Source of the DNA: a virus
Taxonomy: Duplodnaviria > Heunggongvirae > Uroviricota > Caudoviricetes
Direction: 5' to 3' (one strand)
IMG/VR virus record: IMGVR_UViG_3300032007_000003
Span: 184,029-248,028 of that record
DNA: 64,000 nt
The first letter of the stretch is position 1. Every line of letters starts with the position of its first letter. Below the pieces are notes generated by a model. That model saw only the letters and a program-made list of their open reading frames with translations, made no database searches and was not told the DNA's origin. This document shows positions 31,101 through 40,172 of this stretch, one piece after another. The position numbers were made by a program, and so were the translations under genes.

Positions 31101-32056
31101 CTACAATTAAGTCAACGGGCGCAACTACTATTCAGTCAACAGCGAGTGGTTCAAGCGTAAATATTTATGCTGGTTCTGCCGCTACTGTGAATGTAACAGG
31201 TAAAACTATTAACGAAACTGGTACTACCATTAACATAAAAGGAACAAATGTCAATATTAGCGGTACAACGACCATTAGTGGAGCAACAACTATTGGTGGA
31301 GTAACGACAATAAATAATAATTTAAATGTAACAGGAAATACTAATATTACTGGTACTACTAACATTACTGGTGCGACTAACATCAGCGGTGCAACAAAAA
31401 TAGATGATAATTTTAACGTTACAGGTAATGCTAATATTACTGGTACGACTAAGATTAGTGGCAAAACCACTATAGACGATGACCTTGATGTTACAGGAAA
31501 ACTTAATGTTACTGGAAACACTAACATTACTGGCACAACAAATATTAGTGGTAAAACTACGATAGATGATGGTCTTGATGTTACGGGGGCTGCAAATATT
31601 ACAGGCGCAACTAAGATTAGTGGTGCTACTACCATAAAAAATGACCTTACAGTTACTGGCACAACTAATATTAGCGGTGCAACTTATATCGGAAATAATG
31701 TTTGCGTAACTGGTACAATAACATCAAATGGGGCTATTTATTCTTCAGATAGAGATTTGAAGGAGAATATTGCAGATATTAATTCAGAGGAATTAAGTAA
31801 AGTAAGCTGGATTAACGCCAAAACGTATAACTTCAAGGGTGAAACCAATAAGATGTATGGTGTGATTGCACAAGAGGTACAAGAAGCTGGCCTTGAAGAG
31901 CTAGTGTACACGAAGGATGATGGTCATCTTGCTGTTGATTACACGTCACTTATGATATTGAAGATTGCTTTACTTGAAGACTTATATGGCAAGTTATTAA
32001 ATAGAACTTTGGAGCTTGAGAAAGAAATTAAATTTTTAAGAGAAGACAACAGATAA
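28187..32056 (+). CDS. Long tail fibre protein with C-terminal peptidase S74 intramolecular chaperone
   Basis: N-terminal LAVGEIAVN; T/G/S-rich beta-repeats with 6-residue NITGTT periodicity; YSSDRDLKENI...YGVIAQEV...VDY chaperone motif. Start taken as ATG 28187, not TTG 28148. Confidence 0.8.
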   Translation: MARDRRKLQHIHSSIADRQPTPATLAVGEIAVNNADKKEFLSIKSSNDKVVRFSSDEQMITWMEKKEVMPYVGYVRGGAGPSATSADTPTKDAYGSYGIQTSDLTGNTSEIIIKLNQVAAKNTGKYNRVNASKDRYNKDVNPTTDAGVTDGAGFFIDMSRYAMQGANPTFSGITNTCYSNLNGTTKIKGVDGDCGSLLEITINSAKTDIETAKTEITSATTVIGTNSTTISGNTVLKVSGTTNDTYKDNVTITNQKNKQETTNSGLTELVKGDNYRDVNGNYTGTTGGTTTEVKVKDVSETNQSGYTLVTSGNTTETKKGAVSETNLNTTSIVRYSGVTEDNKSSVTRTTSGATTETFKGQVTENNQSGYTINTTGNVIENTTGTTTIDRHNNVSENNRSNVTVVTSGNSTVTISGNTVINHSGTTNYNYISATTLSGSSLASTTTGGTSLNVSGNTTIKTSGATKLDSTGTTTIQSTGNGSDVLIYAKDNLTATATTITATSSSATSFNVGGNLTGKVTGNTDVTVSGTTTIKTEDGTTIQTTSGDTNINTSGNTNVTSTGATTVTSTGNTTITTNGANNKVTIQSTSNGGDVEVFAKDTLCESGGTTAAFVGSTKTNIGINCADGGQTQTLNIKANTANTVSTSAYTSATTATTVIGTANTSATTATFSGNTLDITEATSTTLKSPATTFSGTSLTLNEGTSISAKTPATTVSGSTLVLNELTSVSAKTPATYVSGTTLEAKEASINLSASTGTDISGGTFLSTTTGGTSFVVGGNTTITTTGDTTIETNGANNKVTVKSTGNGGDIDVLAKDALTITGNSISLKSPATTISGTSLTLNEGTSISAKTPTTYVSGTSLNVTETNTTISTCGKFEVTSDVFSLKQCSTSGGSVAFEFCNGFGVKSNAVTFEQCGTEGIFTIKEKTTSISGTTLEAKETNINLSASTSTNISGGSFTNTATGAIAMNAGTTTTIKSTGATTIQSTASGSSVNIYAGSAATVNVTGKTINETGTTINIKGTNVNISGTTTISGATTIGGVTTINNNLNVTGNTNITGTTNITGATNISGATKIDDNFNVTGNANITGTTKISGKTTIDDDLDVTGKLNVTGNTNITGTTNISGKTTIDDGLDVTGAANITGATKISGATTIKNDLTVTGTTNISGATYIGNNVCVTGTITSNGAIYSSDRDLKENIADINSEELSKVSWINAKTYNFKGETNKMYGVIAQEVQEAGLEELVYTKDDGHLAVDYTSLMILKIALLEDLYGKLLNRTLELEKEIKFLREDNR
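30241..30732 (+). repeat. 69-bp direct repeat inside the tail fibre gene (30241-30309 / 30664-30732)
   Basis: One mismatch in 69 nt; in-frame spacing of 423 bp (141 codons). Confidence 0.85.
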
Positions 32057-32077
32057 TAGTCAACTTACTAAATAAAT

Positions 32078-32106
32078 GGGAGAGTGTGTCTCGCATATGC
32101 TCTCCC
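32078..32106 (+). terminator. Stem-loop after the tail fibre gene (weak terminator or stability hairpin)
   Basis: GGGAGAGTGTGT-ctcgc-ATATGCTCTCCC with G-U pairs; poor U-tract. Confidence 0.45.
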
Positions 32107-32131
32107 ATATTTAAAACTAAAATAGAATAAT

Positions 32132-34117
32132 ATGGCATGTTCAGATTATAAAACAGAGTGTCTTAGGGTTGTTAATATTGCTTATTTGAAGGAATTCATT
32201 GGAAATAATGTCCAAAATAGCAGTGATGGTTCTACAAAATATGTTGACAGCTCTGAGGACAGATATTGTCCTACATATGGTGAGTTGACTGGAGGAACTT
32301 ATATCCAAACATGGTCACAAGGTACTAATCCAAGAGGTGATAGGGATGGTATTGTTGTTAGTCAAACTTGGGCTGGAGATGGTAGTAGATATGCTGATAA
32401 TCAACTCGTTGACCAGAGAGATTTATCATTGAGATATACAAGACTCAACGAATTATCAATTGAAAGAACTAGTCCTAACGATATTATGAGCGCATGTAGT
32501 GGAACTACTGGCTTGAGATATACGTACAATTATAAAAGATATATAAAATCAATGAATAACAGTTGTGTTATATCTACTAGTAGTTCTAATGTAAATGATG
32601 CTTGTAGTGCATTAACATATACAACAACGTTCCAAGGGCTATCAAATAGTGGAAGCTCAGTTACTAATTGTACTACTTATAAAGTTTATAAAAATGGTGA
32701 CTTTAGTTCAGAAAATAGAGATGACACTGTTTATGCAACAGCTAGATTTAGGGGAACTACTTACACAAGTAATAGCGTAATAATAAAGCAAGCAGGACTT
32801 AGTGGTAGTTATTCAAAAGAAATCAGTACTAGGGAAGTTACAACAAAAGTCACAGCATCTGCCGCTAGCCAAACATCATTTGACTGTTATGGAGGAGAAT
32901 ATATTGCTAGAGGAACTAGACATTATAAGATTGTTGCAAAAAGAGCATATGTAGATATTTGTGGCAAGGAATATAGTCAGACAAAAGAATTTGACAAAGT
33001 AACTGGTTTAACACAAAACTTAGAAAGCGGAGGAACATTTGGCTACTATGACTGTTGTAAGAGTGGTCATAGTGAAACCAAAAGTATTACATTCGTTAGG
33101 GATGGACTATCTTCTCAAACTATAACTTTCACGCAGAGTTGTCCAGATTGTTCGTCAGACCCTAGCTGTAACCCTACACCAGCTTGTGAAGGAGTTGAAT
33201 ACACAATTTATCCAGACAAACAGATTAGTTGCAGTGGAGGAAATGTCACATTCTCATTTGATGGTGGATGCTCTTGTAGTTTATTGGATATATCAACAAC
33301 CTCAATGTCTTTCGCAGAAACTGGTGAAACGAAAACTGCTAGTTTCACTCTAGCTGCTGCTTGTGGGCTTGATTGGACTAAGCCAAGTTGGATTACTGTA
33401 AGCGAAAGTCGTGATGATGATGGGACTGGTACTCTTTCTTGCACAGCATCAGAAAATGATAGCGGTAGTGGAAGAACTGGTACAGTAACGCTCAAGGTTA
33501 ACGATAGTAGCTGTCATTCAATAAGTGTTTCTCAAGATGGTGAAGCACCACCAGAGTATAAGGACATTTCAACAGCCGTTAATAAGGGAAGTGTAACTCC
33601 TTCTGGTACTACTGCTGAAGATATAACGTTTACTGTTGGTGGAACTAGTTATACGATAGAAGATGCAAATCTTAACTTTGACGTGGCTGCGGAAGCAATA
33701 ACTTATCCAACGGCAATGTTTGGAAGCGAAATAACTGCTGTAAGTGTTAAAACTGAGGTAGAAGGTGAAACCATTGCTGCGACAGTTAGTCCAACTACGA
33801 TAACTGATTCAACAAGTACAGTTACAATAACTCTAAAGCCTACAGGTTGTTTCTTAGCTGGACCTGAAAGCATAGATATAAGTGGAGATACATCTGGTGG
33901 TTTTGGATTTGTTTCAATATGTGGAAGAGATTATGGTACAGTTGAGGTGTTAGACCAAGGCGCACTTGATAGTGTAACAATAACGCAAGGAACTGCTAGC
34001 ACACAAGGTAGAATTGACTTCACGTATAGTGGCTCTGCTGATACTTACATTAAAATAGGCCAAACAGAAGGTGATGCGCCAGATTTAACTATCATGATAT
34101 ATAGATATAAAAACTAA
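32132..34117 (+). CDS. Virion protein with BACON-like/Ig domains
   Basis: 661 aa; WTKPSWITVSES...SENDSGSGRTGTVTLKV; S/T/C-rich. Confidence 0.6.
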   Translation: MACSDYKTECLRVVNIAYLKEFIGNNVQNSSDGSTKYVDSSEDRYCPTYGELTGGTYIQTWSQGTNPRGDRDGIVVSQTWAGDGSRYADNQLVDQRDLSLRYTRLNELSIERTSPNDIMSACSGTTGLRYTYNYKRYIKSMNNSCVISTSSSNVNDACSALTYTTTFQGLSNSGSSVTNCTTYKVYKNGDFSSENRDDTVYATARFRGTTYTSNSVIIKQAGLSGSYSKEISTREVTTKVTASAASQTSFDCYGGEYIARGTRHYKIVAKRAYVDICGKEYSQTKEFDKVTGLTQNLESGGTFGYYDCCKSGHSETKSITFVRDGLSSQTITFTQSCPDCSSDPSCNPTPACEGVEYTIYPDKQISCSGGNVTFSFDGGCSCSLLDISTTSMSFAETGETKTASFTLAAACGLDWTKPSWITVSESRDDDGTGTLSCTASENDSGSGRTGTVTLKVNDSSCHSISVSQDGEAPPEYKDISTAVNKGSVTPSGTTAEDITFTVGGTSYTIEDANLNFDVAAEAITYPTAMFGSEITAVSVKTEVEGETIAATVSPTTITDSTSTVTITLKPTGCFLAGPESIDISGDTSGGFGFVSICGRDYGTVEVLDQGALDSVTITQGTASTQGRIDFTYSGSADTYIKIGQTEGDAPDLTIMIYRYKN

Positions 34118-34140
34118 TTTATTAAAAAAATTAATATAAT

Positions 34141-36429
34141 ATGGCAGAATGGAAAATAAGTCCTAGTGATGCATCAATTAATAGTAGTGGTGTCGCTAGT
34201 TTCCCAAGTAACAATACAAGCGTATCTAAACTATATACAGTTACGTATACAGATGATAGTGGGTGTACTGGCAAGACAACGTACACAGTACCAGCTTGCC
34301 CACCCCCAACACCACCTCCAACACCAGACTGTAATTCTTATAGTTTCGTTAATAAATCAGCAACTCAACCATCAAGTGGCAATGAACCTGTAGTCGTAGC
34401 GACATCTTCTAAGTCTAAAGGTCAGTTGACGTTTTCATCTGCTGGTTCTGATAATTGGATTAGCTATGTAAGGGTAGAAAGTGATTCGTCTAAATATTCT
34501 TATTATTGTAAGGCATCAGACAATTCTAGCGGTAGTTACAGGCAAGGAACGGCTGTGTTTACATCAAGTGACGGTTGTGAATTTATGGCTACTATGTCTC
34601 AAGACGGTAGAGAGTGCTATTGTAGTGATATAGAATCTGGTATAGTTTATGAGAATACATTTGTACCAACCACTAAAACATCAAATGTATTGCTTTTCTC
34701 AGCAGACACACAAAACTGCGGTTCTATAAGTGCATTCTGTAGTAGTACTTCAGATAACATGTTCGAAGAACAAAGTGGAAATCTTGTAAAAGTTGTAGAA
34801 ACTGAGGCTAACAGAAAGTATGAGGTACGTGCCAATGTTTTAAAAATGAAGACATCTGGTGGCAGAAGAGCATGTGATGTTAATATTTACATATATAAAT
34901 CAGATGGGACTTTATGTAAAAATATAACAAAGTCTTTTTATCAAGATAGTACTATTAATTGTGCCAACTTATTAAAAAGGTACAGTGGTAATTATTTAAA
35001 AGGAATATCGTATCCTGGCGATGCAACTGGGTTGTTGAAGATAGCCGAAGGATATTATGGGGAAAGTTTAATGAATAACGGTGTATTTATCATTGAAAAA
35101 CCTCAAGGAGCTAACTATACTTGGATGGATGACCCTTCTAATTTCAGTTATAAACTAGTTACTGATTATAGTGGCAAACCTAAATGGGAAGTTTATGGAG
35201 CTATTAAAAATCCACATAGCGGAATTCCTGATAGAGATGCTGTATATGACCAGTATGGCTATATATTTGACAGACCAATAGAGCCAGACTCAGGCCGCAC
35301 ATATACTCCAGCACAACTTAAGAGTATGTCTGGTACTAAATGTGGAATGCACGAATATAAGGTACATGTAATACAAGAAGGATGTAACTGTAGTCATGCT
35401 TGGACTGGATGGACTGTTAACTATGTAAGATACTCAGCACAAACAGTTACTGATGATTTGTCACAACGTATGACTAACTGTGCAACTGCAACTTCTCAGG
35501 TAAGAAAAGAGGAATGTAACTGGGTTAGTGGTTTATCACTGATAGATAATAGGTATTTAACTTATACATTAACAGAAAACGGATATACGGATAGGGAGTG
35601 CCCAATTGAAATAACTATAAAAGATAGAAGTGGTACTACTTGTACAGTAGACTATCGTATATATCAGTCTTCTAAACCATTGGATTGTTATGATTGTATT
35701 AGTATTAAAGGAAGTATATATCATTGGTCGTTCTATACAATAGGTGCTGATGGTAGCGAAGCAAGATGTGTCGATTACAACGATAAATTAACAGCATCAA
35801 CTGGTTGTAATGGAAGTATATCGTTTAGCTTTAGCGATGATGGTATAACAAACCCAATACAAGGTATTAGAAACAATAGAAAAGAAGATAGTGCGGGTAC
35901 AACATATGTTTATTTCACAGCAGATGCTAACCCTGATTCAACTATGAGACAAAAGAAAGTTACTGTAACCTATACTAGTCCTTCTTTAGTTGGTACGTGT
36001 GAGGAATCGTTCATAATAGAGCAAGAAGGAGTTGGTCCAGCACCAGGTACATGTTCGTCAAGTTCATATGATTTCGATTTCAGATACTTACCAAGCGGAA
36101 AGGGTGCTAATGTGAACAATCCTATAGTGCTTAAGACTGGGACTACTAAAACTGTGATTGGAACGTTAGCTAATGTCATACCTAGTGAATATTCTCAGTG
36201 TGCCCATATTAGTGTAACAACAACACAAAACATTGCTCTTCCAGAAGTAGGATTTGAGAGGAACGCTTCAGGTGGATATAATATATATGTAATTCCAGCA
36301 CAATCTGCATTACAAGCAGACGAAACAGCGCCAGTTGTTGTTCAGTGGTATTACACTAACGAAAGTGGTAGGGATATTTATCCAAGCGGTGATAACAATA
36401 CTATCCATGTAAAAGTAGTAAATAATTAA
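34141..36429 (+). CDS. Virion protein with multiple BACON-like domains
   Basis: 762 aa; NWISYV...DNSSGSYRQGTAVF, NWVSGL...ENGYTDRECPIEI, ANPDSTMRQKKVTVTY; PPPTPPPTP linker. Confidence 0.6.
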   Translation: MAEWKISPSDASINSSGVASFPSNNTSVSKLYTVTYTDDSGCTGKTTYTVPACPPPTPPPTPDCNSYSFVNKSATQPSSGNEPVVVATSSKSKGQLTFSSAGSDNWISYVRVESDSSKYSYYCKASDNSSGSYRQGTAVFTSSDGCEFMATMSQDGRECYCSDIESGIVYENTFVPTTKTSNVLLFSADTQNCGSISAFCSSTSDNMFEEQSGNLVKVVETEANRKYEVRANVLKMKTSGGRRACDVNIYIYKSDGTLCKNITKSFYQDSTINCANLLKRYSGNYLKGISYPGDATGLLKIAEGYYGESLMNNGVFIIEKPQGANYTWMDDPSNFSYKLVTDYSGKPKWEVYGAIKNPHSGIPDRDAVYDQYGYIFDRPIEPDSGRTYTPAQLKSMSGTKCGMHEYKVHVIQEGCNCSHAWTGWTVNYVRYSAQTVTDDLSQRMTNCATATSQVRKEECNWVSGLSLIDNRYLTYTLTENGYTDRECPIEITIKDRSGTTCTVDYRIYQSSKPLDCYDCISIKGSIYHWSFYTIGADGSEARCVDYNDKLTASTGCNGSISFSFSDDGITNPIQGIRNNRKEDSAGTTYVYFTADANPDSTMRQKKVTVTYTSPSLVGTCEESFIIEQEGVGPAPGTCSSSSYDFDFRYLPSGKGANVNNPIVLKTGTTKTVIGTLANVIPSEYSQCAHISVTTTQNIALPEVGFERNASGGYNIYVIPAQSALQADETAPVVVQWYYTNESGRDIYPSGDNNTIHVKVVNN

Positions 36430-36437
36430 TATTATAG

Positions 36438-36472
36438 AAAAGAGGGTAATCAGAGATGATTACTCTTTTTTT
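36438..36472 (+). terminator. Intrinsic terminator ending the structural block
   Basis: AAGAGGGTAATCA-gaga-TGATTACTCTT followed by a T run. Confidence 0.75.
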
Positions 36473-36491
36473 TATTTTTATTATCAATTTA

Positions 36492-36525
36492 TTTGTTTTT
36501 TAAATATTTTTTTTATATATTTGCA
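36492..36525 (+). promoter_or_regulatory. Bacteroidetes sigmaA-type promoter
   Basis: TTTG-N20-TATATTTGCA. Confidence 0.75.
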
Positions 36526-36540
36526 ATAAATTATGGAATA

Positions 36541-36693
36541 ATGACTAAAAAAGAGGCAGATAGTATAATCAAATTCATCACAGATAGAACATGGCATGGC
36601 TACTCTTGTCTAGGAAGTTTGGGACGTTTCAATTCTTCTGATGTTGTTGATGTCAAACCCTTAATTGCCAAAATAAAAAGAATGAGAGAGTAA
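36541..36693 (+). CDS. Small hypothetical protein
   Basis: 50 aa from ATG 36541, downstream of the promoter; stop overlaps the next start. Confidence 0.5.
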   Translation: MTKKEADSIIKFITDRTWHGYSCLGSLGRFNSSDVVDVKPLIAKIKRMRE

Positions 36694-37538
36694 TGAAAAA
36701 AATAGTAGTAAAGGGAGAACCTAGAGAGGTAACAGATATTCGAAATAAGATACTTAAGGAGTTTAAAGACCTAACATTTATAGAGGAAGGACATAAGTAT
36801 TTCTTAAATGGTGAGCAATTACCATCAGTGTCAGAAGTAACACATAACTTTTGTCAATATCCGTTTGATTCTGAGGCACAAGCAATGAGGTATGCGGAAA
36901 CTCATGGGGAAACAGCGCAATATTGGTTGGATAAGTGGAAGTTTACAAATCTTAAGGCTACAACAAGCGGAACATTAACCCATGAATTTGGTGAATCATT
37001 AGGGTGGTTAAGGAATGGTCATGCTGAATTCATTACAGAGTCTTGTAAACAGAAATATATAAAGGAGAAAGGTTGGCTAATCCCAACACGCCCAAAGGAA
37101 GAAGCTGTATTAAAGTTTTATGATGAATTAAATAAAAACCTTCATTTCGTATTGGCTGAGACAAAGGTGTATACTGGAAAGAATATCAATCTTACCAATT
37201 TGAAACAGAATTATTGTGGAACGTTTGATATTCTATTCTACTATAAAGACCCTACTAATGATGAAAACAGTGGACTTTGTATATTTGATTTTAAGACTAA
37301 TAAAGAACTAAGAAAAGATTTCAGTAGGGAAAATGGTAAATTTTTATTACCACCATTTGGTGATTTATATGAAGAACCATTATCATATTATACGCTTCAA
37401 TTGAGTTGTTATCAATTACCTCTCGAAGATATTGGTTTAAAGGTGATAGCAAGAAGGATAGTGTGGCTAAAGGATGATGGTAGTTATGAATTAATACCAT
37501 TACCAAGTGTTACAGATAGATTAAGAGAAACATTATAA
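36693..37538 (+). CDS. PD-(D/E)xK exonuclease (Cas4/RecB-like)
   Basis: LPSVSEV, GTLTHE, LAETKVY, GTFDIL, IFDFKTN, YTLQLSCY. Confidence 0.75.
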   Translation: MKKIVVKGEPREVTDIRNKILKEFKDLTFIEEGHKYFLNGEQLPSVSEVTHNFCQYPFDSEAQAMRYAETHGETAQYWLDKWKFTNLKATTSGTLTHEFGESLGWLRNGHAEFITESCKQKYIKEKGWLIPTRPKEEAVLKFYDELNKNLHFVLAETKVYTGKNINLTNLKQNYCGTFDILFYYKDPTNDENSGLCIFDFKTNKELRKDFSRENGKFLLPPFGDLYEEPLSYYTLQLSCYQLPLEDIGLKVIARRIVWLKDDGSYELIPLPSVTDRLRETL

Positions 37539-37544
37539 TAGAAA

Positions 37545-37697
37545 ATGGAGACAAAAGAGAAAATATTTTTAGGTAGTTTTATAAGTACGTTGTTTTTGAC
37601 ATTGATATCATCAAGTTATTTTTACGTGGTGTTCAAGAAATCAATTAAGAAACTCAGAAAAGGTTTTGAGAAGTGGGATGACATAAAAAAATTCTAA
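37545..37697 (+). CDS. Small membrane protein (not in the ORF track)
   Basis: 50 aa METKEKIFLGSFISTLFLTLISSSYFYVVFKKSIKK...; one hydrophobic helix; fills the gap exactly. Confidence 0.5.
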   Translation: METKEKIFLGSFISTLFLTLISSSYFYVVFKKSIKKLRKGFEKWDDIKKF

Positions 37698-37702
37698 CAA
37701 TT

Positions 37703-38029
37703 ATGGGAGCTGTTAAAAAATATGATTTAAATGAGATTACCATACGCCTTGAGAATTTGAAAAATAAATTCGGTAGTTTCGTTGTCGAAAATGAAATTAA
37801 ATATTACAAGAAATATACCGATAACGAATGTGATATGTTAAATTTAGCATACAGAGCTTTAAAAAACAAATTCACGAAGATACAAAGATTTAGATTTGGT
37901 ATTGTAAGGGTAATCGATTATGAGATAAGGAAAAGGAAGTCTAATATATATTACTCAGACGCATATTATTACAATACGAATACAACTAGTACTTGGACAA
38001 TTTCAACATCAAATAGTTATGTTTGGTAA
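37703..38029 (+). CDS. Hypothetical protein
   Basis: 108 aa, operon context. Confidence 0.55.
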   Translation: MGAVKKYDLNEITIRLENLKNKFGSFVVENEIKYYKKYTDNECDMLNLAYRALKNKFTKIQRFRFGIVRVIDYEIRKRKSNIYYSDAYYYNTNTTSTWTISTSNSYVW

Positions 38030-38312
38030 AATTTTGGATAGTTTGGTTAGGTTAACCAATGTTAAGATTGAGAAAAAGGTACTTCAAAGACCATGTAAAA
38101 TAACTGATTGGGATTTTAGTGAAAATAGTGATATGGTACACCAAATTTATATCACAAATTTCAAAAAGTTCAATGATAGTCATGCGTCATTTGGTTTTTG
38201 GGTACATGGTGATACGTATGAAGAGGCTGCTAAAGAAGCAGTTATAAGGCTTTTAAAGAGTCTCAAGTGGTCATATAAAATAAAGATAATGAAATGGCTA
38301 AAATTAGGATAA
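38019..38312 (+). CDS. Hypothetical protein
   Basis: 97 aa, overlaps neighbours. Confidence 0.55.
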   Translation: MFGKILDSLVRLTNVKIEKKVLQRPCKITDWDFSENSDMVHQIYITNFKKFNDSHASFGFWVHGDTYEEAAKEAVIRLLKSLKWSYKIKIMKWLKLG

Positions 38313-38881
38313 CAGTTCTTTCTCATTATTTGTTTGATGAGAAGATGAAGAAAATGGGGTTGAATGATAATAACATAGAGAACGAAAATAAGGCGTTTAT
38401 TTCAATTATAGGAACTCCAGAGTGTCTTGAATATTATTTGGATGAGGGTGATACAAAGCATTTTTTCAAAGACCATCCAAATGTTCTTAATCTTGATTTT
38501 GACGATATTTCAGATGATATAATATATGATGGTCATCACTTCAAAACCATGAGAATTGGTCAAGCTGAAAAAGCGCTTCAATTCATTGAGGACAACATAA
38601 ATAAAGGTGTTGAAAGTTTTGATATACATTGTAGAGCTGGGATGTCTCGTTCAAGAGCATTTGGTGAATTTATTTATAGATATTGTCAAGACCATGATAT
38701 AGATGTTGATTATGGAGATAGAAATGATTATACAACTATATTAAATTATGGTGTATTGGGAAAACTTAATCACGCTTATTGGAAAAAGTATAATCTAAAA
38801 CAATATGAGGATGGAAATACGGAATATCCACATGATATCGTAGAGCCACCTATAAGAGAGATAAAATTGAGACATGGATAA
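38294..38881 (+). CDS. CX5R protein-tyrosine/dual-specificity phosphatase-like protein
   Basis: DIHCRAGMSRS P-loop; upstream LNLDFDD acid loop. Confidence 0.75.
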   Translation: MAKIRITVLSHYLFDEKMKKMGLNDNNIENENKAFISIIGTPECLEYYLDEGDTKHFFKDHPNVLNLDFDDISDDIIYDGHHFKTMRIGQAEKALQFIEDNINKGVESFDIHCRAGMSRSRAFGEFIYRYCQDHDIDVDYGDRNDYTTILNYGVLGKLNHAYWKKYNLKQYEDGNTEYPHDIVEPPIREIKLRHG

Positions 38882-39371
38882 AAGATATAATGGAATAGTT
38901 GACGAAATTTTGTTCTATAGTGAGAGGACAGAGGATGGTAGATGGATAATTCCAATTGAAGTTGATTGGGATTATACACTTACTAAATGTTCTTCTTGGG
39001 AAGAAGGAACAATGAATATAAACTACGAAGCATTTGAGGTTATGAAACGTTGGACTAAGGATTATAACGTTGGTTGGATTCTTAATTCAATGAGAAATGA
39101 TAAATTATTAAAAGAACCTTTAATAACTCTTGAAAAAGAAGGTGTAAAACTCTATAGTTTAAGAAAGAACCCAAGACAGATTGGGGATGAAAATCATAAA
39201 GAGGTCACAAAGAGCTTTGCAGTGTTCTGCATTGATGACCGTAATGTCAACACACCAGTCAAATGGCTAGAAGGTTGTAATAGACCTCATGTTGATTGGG
39301 CTGAAGTTGATAAAATAATGACACCTATATTGGAATATATAAGTGCCACTTTAAACAAAATTAAATTATGA
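38874..39371 (+). CDS. HAD-superfamily phosphatase-like protein
   Basis: IEVDWDYTL (DxDxT motif I) and FCIDDRN (motif IV). Confidence 0.65.
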   Translation: MDKRYNGIVDEILFYSERTEDGRWIIPIEVDWDYTLTKCSSWEEGTMNINYEAFEVMKRWTKDYNVGWILNSMRNDKLLKEPLITLEKEGVKLYSLRKNPRQIGDENHKEVTKSFAVFCIDDRNVNTPVKWLEGCNRPHVDWAEVDKIMTPILEYISATLNKIKL

Positions 39372-39568
39372 ATGAGAAGTACATTTTAATCAAACCCTTT
39401 AAAGCAAACGAAGGCACACTTCCAGAGGGAAGTGAAATCATTTATTTCAGAGGACAATTTTGGGTAAATGGAGGACCAGCACCAACATATTATAATAGTA
39501 TGCTTAAGGACTTGATTACGAATCCAGAGTATGTTAGGAAAGCAAAGATAACTAAAAACCAATTCTAA
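39368..39568 (+). CDS. Hypothetical protein
   Basis: 66 aa, overlapping start. Confidence 0.55.
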   Translation: MNEKYILIKPFKANEGTLPEGSEIIYFRGQFWVNGGPAPTYYNSMLKDLITNPEYVRKAKITKNQF

Positions 39569-39570
39569 TT

Positions 39571-39843
39571 ATGACGTTAGATAATGATGAAATGTTTCTA
39601 AACGACCTAGTTGATAGGTATGGGTTTGAAAAAGACGAAAATAATAAGATTAAGCTTAATTTTGATGTTCTTACAATTGGTGAACTCATATCAATTTATA
39701 ATAGGTTTTGTGGTACAGAGGAAATTATAGATTGTGGGAATGGTGAGATAGAAATAAACAGTGAGCAAGAAAATTTTCATGCCCATATAACATATGATAG
39801 GTTTAGACAATATTTCAAAGATGAAGTTGTAGAAGATGAATGA
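39571..39843 (+). CDS. Hypothetical protein
   Basis: 90 aa, acidic. Confidence 0.55.
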   Translation: MTLDNDEMFLNDLVDRYGFEKDENNKIKLNFDVLTIGELISIYNRFCGTEEIIDCGNGEIEINSEQENFHAHITYDRFRQYFKDEVVEDE

Positions 39844-40150
39844 AACTAGATTTTTAAAGGATAGCGATAATACTGGACGTTTCATCGTAAAGTCCAAGGT
39901 AACTGGAAAGCGATACTTCGTTGAACCAATTGGCAATGCACATTCTGTTGGTTGGGGAGACTTAGACCCAAGTACTAAGAAGATGAGTGGTTCATATGGT
40001 GAACGATACGAAGGATGTGTTGCTGAAAAGGAATCACTTATAACAGAGGAAAACGGATTTGAAAAGATAACTACCCTACCTCAAGGTGTATCTCCATTCG
40101 ATGAGATTGAGAGAAGGGATAGGGAGTATGAAGCAGCAATGAAGAAATAA
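39836..40150 (+). CDS. Hypothetical phage protein
   Basis: 104 aa; TGRFIV...VEPIG...WGDLDP...ITEENGF looks like a family I associate with jumbo phages (not verified). Confidence 0.6.
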   Translation: MNETRFLKDSDNTGRFIVKSKVTGKRYFVEPIGNAHSVGWGDLDPSTKKMSGSYGERYEGCVAEKESLITEENGFEKITTLPQGVSPFDEIERRDREYEAAMKK

Positions 40151-40172
40151 TAAAACTAAAAACTATATAGTT

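Noticed and set aside
30070-31662. Long antisense ORFs 30070..31101 and 31165..31662
   Set aside because: They are shadows of the Thr/Gly-rich repetitive tail fibre, whose codons give few stops on the reverse strand; V/P/L-rich with no promoter or start context.
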